The notes beneath the pieces are model-generated. The model was not told where the DNA came from, ran no database searches, and saw nothing but the letters and a program-made list of their open reading frames with translations. From positions 78,447-142,446 of IMG/VR virus record IMGVR_UViG_2882238243_000002: DNA of 64,000 nucleotides; one strand, given 5' to 3'. The stretch comes from a virus (lineage: Duplodnaviria; Caudoviricetes). Positions 59,229 through 64,000 of the stretch are shown here, piece by piece (position 1 is the first letter of the stretch; each line of letters opens with the position of its first letter). The position numbers were made by a program, and so were the translations under genes.

Positions 59229-59285
59229 AGTATTTAGAGAATTAAATGTTGGAGAGGTTATTAAATTAATCTCTACTAACATTTA

Positions 59286-60377
59286 ATGAGGTGGTACTTT
59301 ATAAGAATTTTAAATGAAGATACAAAAAGAAAAAGAACAGAAACATTCCGTAAACACATGTATGAGAAGGCAGAAAAAGAAATTGGTAATAAATATGGTA
59401 ATTTTATAGTAAAGAACATTAATTACAAAATTACCGAGCAAAATTATAACGAAGGTAAACGATATGGTATATTTTTCGATTTAGAGTGTGTATGTGGAAA
59501 CAAAAGAACACATAGATTTAATAGTATTAAAAGTGGACATGTTAAATCCTGTGGCTGTTCAAGATTTAATAATCCTCTAATTGTAGAAGATTTAACTGGT
59601 CAAAAGTTCGGTAGGCTCACAGTGATTGCAAGAGACATTGAAAGAGACAAACAAGAAATAGAAGATGAGAAAAAGAGAGGCAATGCACACTGGATATGTA
59701 AATGTGACTGTAGAAACCCTGATTATTCTAGTGTGGTGGGCTACCAATTAAAATCTGGACATACCCAGTCTTGTGGGTGTTATGCTTCAGAGCAAATAAT
59801 AAAACGAAATAAAAAATATTCAACCAAGTATAATCAGATTATTGATAATGGTGATGGATTTATTTCACTGATCGATGGAGACAACAGATGTTTGGTTGAT
59901 AAAGAAGATTATGACACTGTTAAAAATTGGTATTGGAGAAAGATTTGTAAACGTGGAGATAACACTAAAGGATACTGGATTACAAATGTTAAAATTGATG
60001 ATAAATATACCAAATCGGTACTTATGATTCATCAAGTAATAGCTGAATTGAAATATGGTGAATATGATAAAAATTTGGTGCCAGACCATTTATCAAGAGA
60101 TACTAATGATAATAGAAAATGCAATATTTTATTAAAAGATAATATGAGTAATAGCAGAAACAGAGGAATTAGTAAAGCCAACAGTTCTGGAAAGACAGGT
60201 GTTAGTTTTACTAAAGATAAAAATATGTGGACGGCATACATAACAGTAAATTATAAGACTATCTTTCTTGGAGACTATTCTGATATAAATGATGCAATCA
60301 AGGTTAGAAAAGAGGCAGAGCAGCGTTATGGGTTTACTTGTGATGATGTGGTGGCAGATTACGATGAGGTTATTTAA
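59286..60377 (+). CDS. Free-standing HNH/AP2 homing endonuclease-like protein
   Basis: CVCG..KSCGC repeats, DLTGQKFGRL, PDHLSRDTNDNRKCNI, NSSGKTGVSF..WTAYI..LG (AP2). Confidence 0.8.
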   Translation: MRWYFIRILNEDTKRKRTETFRKHMYEKAEKEIGNKYGNFIVKNINYKITEQNYNEGKRYGIFFDLECVCGNKRTHRFNSIKSGHVKSCGCSRFNNPLIVEDLTGQKFGRLTVIARDIERDKQEIEDEKKRGNAHWICKCDCRNPDYSSVVGYQLKSGHTQSCGCYASEQIIKRNKKYSTKYNQIIDNGDGFISLIDGDNRCLVDKEDYDTVKNWYWRKICKRGDNTKGYWITNVKIDDKYTKSVLMIHQVIAELKYGEYDKNLVPDHLSRDTNDNRKCNILLKDNMSNSRNRGISKANSSGKTGVSFTKDKNMWTAYITVNYKTIFLGDYSDINDAIKVRKEAEQRYGFTCDDVVADYDEVI

Positions 60378-60932
60378 ATGAATTACATAAAAATTGAAAA
60401 AGAGAGTGCTATTTCAGGAAACGGACTTCGTGTTGTCATATGGCTATCCTCTTGTTCACATAACTGTCCAGGATGCCAAAATCCTCAAACCTGGAATCCG
60501 AATAGTGGGATAGTATTTGACCAAGCGGCTCATAATGAATTATTTGAGCAATTATCAAAAGATTACATATCGGGGATCACTTTTACCGGTGGTGATCCCC
60601 TCCATGATAATAACCTTCGCGGTGTATTAGATTTGGTAAACGAATTCCATATTTCATATCCAAAGAAAAATATCTGGTTATATACGGGATTTTATTGGGA
60701 AGAAATATTTGAACCATCGTTCACTGAGCAGTCAGACGAAGAGATAGAAAAATATTTACAGGATTGTGAAATTAGAAAGAGAATTATATCTATGTGTGAT
60801 GTATTAGTTGATGGTCGATATGTTGATGAACTCAGAGACTTAACATTAAAATTTCGAGGAAGTAGTAACCAACGTCTAATTGACGTTCAACAATCATTGA
60901 AGAAAGGAGAAGTGATGCTATGGGATACATAA
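60378..60932 (+). CDS. nrdG: Anaerobic RNR activating enzyme (radical SAM)
   Basis: CSHNCPGCQN, GGDP, YTG, VDGRY, RGSSNQ. Confidence 0.92.
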   Translation: MNYIKIEKESAISGNGLRVVIWLSSCSHNCPGCQNPQTWNPNSGIVFDQAAHNELFEQLSKDYISGITFTGGDPLHDNNLRGVLDLVNEFHISYPKKNIWLYTGFYWEEIFEPSFTEQSDEEIEKYLQDCEIRKRIISMCDVLVDGRYVDELRDLTLKFRGSSNQRLIDVQQSLKKGEVMLWDT

Positions 60933-61063
60933 TTGCAAATTTAGCGTGTCTGCTAATGGGTATATTTATGGGCATTATTATATCTACACTATGCAAATCC
61001 GCTTCATCTAATTGGAACAACGAGGATAATATAGACGATAATCAGAAAAGCGAGGAATAGTGC

Positions 61064-61408
61064 ATGAAGAGATACATATTAAATAATAATGCAGAAATAA
61101 GTGCTTTAAAGAGTTATGGCTTCAAATATAGCGGCGTAGAAGATAAATGCATTGTTCCTATTTACTTATATAAAGATAAGCACAATAAGAAAATTCCACT
61201 TATTTTTTTATCGTTTACTATCAACATTTCAGACAAGTTTTTTGGATATACGGTTATTAATAAGGATAATACTTTACATTCAGCATATTACAACAAAGAC
61301 GGCAATAAGAACAATAAAGTTCTGAATACTATTGAGAGAAATATACAAAAGGAACTGTCAAAACTAGAGATGATGAATATTATCACAGTCAAAAGTGAGG
61401 AGGATTAA
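61064..61408 (+). CDS. Hypothetical protein
   Basis: ORF track. Confidence 0.55.
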   Translation: MKRYILNNNAEISALKSYGFKYSGVEDKCIVPIYLYKDKHNKKIPLIFLSFTINISDKFFGYTVINKDNTLHSAYYNKDGNKNNKVLNTIERNIQKELSKLEMMNIITVKSEED

Positions 61409-61602
61409 CTAACAATGCAAAGAGTAACTGATGGTAATCTTGCAAGTGAATATCTTTTTTATGATAGGGTGTTCAGTGTTTTAATAAAAAGTAAGAAACA
61501 TAAATTATGGAATAGATTGAGAATAGAGGGAAATAAACTTGATGATGTGCAAGAAAAGCTATTCCAGCAAATTAGATTAGGAAGTTGAGGGTGATAAAGT
61601 AA

Positions 61603-61815
61603 ATGCCAAACGTATATGAGTATAGGAAATTACTAATGAATAAAAATAACTTTTCACTTTCAGATATAGAAAGTTTTGAGTATATGACAGCAGATGAAAT
61701 TGACAATCTTCAAGCTGAAATTGAGAAAGATACTAACAATCCAAAACGACTTGAATTATTAAGAGCGTTTATTACTATGAAGAAGCAATTAGCAGAAACA
61801 GATCTGTTTAGATAA
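61603..61815 (+). CDS. Hypothetical protein
   Basis: ORF track. Confidence 0.5.
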   Translation: MPNVYEYRKLLMNKNNFSLSDIESFEYMTADEIDNLQAEIEKDTNNPKRLELLRAFITMKKQLAETDLFR

Positions 61816-61841
61816 GGATGTGAATTACAACGAGCAATTAT

Positions 61842-62597
61842 TTGATTGATAATTATAAGCAAAAATATAAATTAAAAACAGAATATGACTTGCAGCTTAA
61901 TCAATTTCCTCGTGGGTTGAAGGGTGAGTTATCAGATTATGACGTGTATATCGAATGTCAGAATAAAATGAGAATATTTAGTTATGGTCATGGAATTTTA
62001 CAAGCATATATTCCGTCACTGGGTAGAGGTAGAAATATACTGAAAGCAATAGCTGAAATTGTACAAGTTGATGTTGAGAAGTACATATATCAGGAAGAGT
62101 ATACGAATAAAAACGGTGAAGTCAATATGAGACAGATTTACGATTATGACAATTTTTATCATGCATTAAATGAAAATAAAACAATATTCAATATAGAAGA
62201 AACAGACTCAGAAATACTGTTTAAATTTCATTCTAAGAATTTTTCAGTGCTTGAACCATTTTTGAAACCGAAACAAAGTACCTCTGGACGTTCACCTTTT
62301 TCTACAAAGAATCTACGCAAAATCAAATATGAAATGTCGAGTGAGGATTTGTCAGCGTATAAAGAAATAACCACGAAAATTCCCTCGACAGACATATTAA
62401 AGTTAAGCACATACACGAATGATTTTATCAAATCACTGACAAACAAATCAAAAACTTTGGATGATATTAAGTTGGATATGAGCAAAAAATGTATCAAGGG
62501 AAAAGATTACATTCATAGTTTGGGCGATAAAACTTGGAATAATTATTTAGGATTTCTAAAAGGAGAAATATGTCGTGATTATGAAAAAGTACTTTAA
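61842..62597 (+). CDS. Hypothetical protein
   Basis: ORF track. Confidence 0.6.
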   Translation: MIDNYKQKYKLKTEYDLQLNQFPRGLKGELSDYDVYIECQNKMRIFSYGHGILQAYIPSLGRGRNILKAIAEIVQVDVEKYIYQEEYTNKNGEVNMRQIYDYDNFYHALNENKTIFNIEETDSEILFKFHSKNFSVLEPFLKPKQSTSGRSPFSTKNLRKIKYEMSSEDLSAYKEITTKIPSTDILKLSTYTNDFIKSLTNKSKTLDDIKLDMSKKCIKGKDYIHSLGDKTWNNYLGFLKGEICRDYEKVL

Positions 62598-62829
62598 AAC
62601 AAAAGAAGATTATATAGCATTTGCTGACAGTGAAATTGAAAGAACAAAAAGAGAATACTTCTATAAGCTGTTTATTCTAGCTACTGACAAAGAAGATTTT
62701 GTGTCAAGGGCTAAAAGAGATTTCCCAACTTTTTCGCAAGAAGAAATAGAGAAAGCATATAAGGACAATAGCAATATTTTGATTAGAGTTAGAAATAAGA
62801 AAACAAAGGAGAAAACTAAATGCAATTAA
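62581..62829 (+). CDS. Hypothetical protein
   Basis: ORF track. Confidence 0.5.
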   Translation: MKKYFKTKEDYIAFADSEIERTKREYFYKLFILATDKEDFVSRAKRDFPTFSQEEIEKAYKDNSNILIRVRNKKTKEKTKCN

Positions 62830-63314
62830 ATGAAAATGATTTAATATTTTCAAAAGTGAAACCCGATGCAATCATTCCAACTAAGAAAGATGAAGACGCC
62901 GGCTATGATATTTTTGCTTGTTTTGAAGAGGATTATATGGTCATTCCACCTCATTCAACGGTTATGATTCCAACTGGAATTGCTAGTGCGATGCATCCAT
63001 CTAAATATATTCAAATAGAAGAAAGAGGATCCACTGGAAGTAAAGGAATTAAAAAATCAGCAGGTGTCATTGACAGTTCGTATCGTGGAGAATGGTTTAT
63101 TCCAATTTCAAACGTAAACAATGTCAATATTATTATTTCAAAACTAAGTGATTATGAATTATTAAACAAAGACATAATTTACTCATATTCTAAAGCTATT
63201 GCACAAGGAATTGTCCACGAAGTAATTAAGATGAACAAAAAAGAAATCCCCTATGAAAAATTATTAGCTATTAAATCTGAAAGAGGCACAAACTGTTTAG
63301 GCAGTACAAATTAA
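62820..63314 (+). CDS. dut: Trimeric dUTPase
   Basis: AGYD, IPTG, RGS, GVIDSSYRGE, IAQ, ERG..CLGST. Confidence 0.9.
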   Translation: MQLNENDLIFSKVKPDAIIPTKKDEDAGYDIFACFEEDYMVIPPHSTVMIPTGIASAMHPSKYIQIEERGSTGSKGIKKSAGVIDSSYRGEWFIPISNVNNVNIIISKLSDYELLNKDIIYSYSKAIAQGIVHEVIKMNKKEIPYEKLLAIKSERGTNCLGSTN

Positions 63315-63334
63315 TAAAATTACAAGGAGTATGA

Positions 63335-64000
63335 ATGACAAAATTTACAAAATTACTAGGCGTGTCATTACTTGTAAGTATGTTCATGGTCGCCCCCGCA
63401 AGGGCGGCTGGAATATCAAATTACATAGACACATTAACAAATAACCAAGCAGAAATACAGAATCAAATAACTAAAATAATTGAACAGAATAAAGAACAAA
63501 AGAGATTAAACTTAGGGATAGAACTAGAAGAGATTAATAATATTGAAGATAGTCTTGAAAGGTATCTTGCATACAAAGAACTAGTATTTAACAACAATGA
63601 TGTTTTAGATGCACCCGAAACAATCTACGATTATTATACAGAAGAAGAGATCGCTATACTTTGGAGAATAGTAGAAGCTGAAGCTACAGCAGGTGATTTT
63701 GATAATAAGGTAAATGTAGCAAACGTAGTGTTTAATCGAGTTGATTCAGAAGATTTTCCGGATACAATTTCTGATATTGTGTTTCAGAAAAACTCAAAGG
63801 TCACACAATTTTCACCTGTTTCAGATGGACGTTTTTGGAAGATAGAAGTTTCAGAAGAGACAAAATTAGCATGTGAATATGCTTTTATTTTTGAAGATAC
63901 TACGAATGGGGCTTTGTATTTTACAAAGAATGCGACCGGATTTTTTAAGACACTTGATTACATTATGACTGATAGTATTGGTCATGATTTTTATAGATAA
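63335..64000 (+). CDS. SleB-like cell wall hydrolase (Hydrolase_2) with signal peptide
   Basis: RIVEAEA, VANVVFNRV, FPDTI..VFQ..QFSPV, TNGALYF, IGH.F. Confidence 0.85.
   Translation: MTKFTKLLGVSLLVSMFMVAPARAAGISNYIDTLTNNQAEIQNQITKIIEQNKEQKRLNLGIELEEINNIEDSLERYLAYKELVFNNNDVLDAPETIYDYYTEEEIAILWRIVEAEATAGDFDNKVNVANVVFNRVDSEDFPDTISDIVFQKNSKVTQFSPVSDGRFWKIEVSEETKLACEYAFIFEDTTNGALYFTKNATGFFKTLDYIMTDSIGHDFYR

Noticed and set aside
4782-62497. Numerous short minus-strand or off-frame ORFs overlapping long genes (e.g. 4782, 6987, 8898, 39721, 40240, 47134, 52884)
   Set aside because: Antisense shadows of well-supported + strand genes, with no RBS or motifs.
13524-64000. Additional DGR variable regions
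   Set aside because: No second match to the TR or GVRP-ending ORF seen by eye; remote targets outside the window remain possible.
1-64000. tRNA or rRNA genes
   Set aside because: No cloverleaf/T-loop or rRNA-like sequence recognised.

Overview
AT-rich (roughly 30-33% GC by eye), almost entirely + strand gene region of a large SPbeta-like temperate phage or prophage of a Clostridia/Lachnospiraceae-type Firmicute. No structural genes are visible. In order it contains: the 3' end of a tyrosine recombinase; small accessory ORFs; a LexA-boxed DinB/SRAP mutagenesis operon; an XRE/MazF-like/sigma-factor control region; a complete diversity-generating retroelement (target-VR, hairpin, Avd, TR, RT); a ~25 kb accessory tract (IS3, DNA methyltransferases, HNH, NADAR, RNA-repair trio, Tad2/DUF2829-like, TnpB); a replication module (SSB-like, Sak4-like, DnaB, primase, RecJ, DnaE, ERCC4); a second accessory tract; and a nucleotide-metabolism module (LigA, HPr-like, ThyX-like, NrdD split by a group I intron, HNH-AP2, NrdG, dUTPase, SleB-like). 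The main unexplained signal is ~30 copies of a quasi-palindromic site, TGAAA-N6-TTTC(A/G), at gene boundaries of the accessory tracts. I saw none in the core modules. This suggests an integron/pdif-like gene-cassette system, possibly served by the adjacent tyrosine recombinase. All family calls are from motif recognition by eye; no searches were run.
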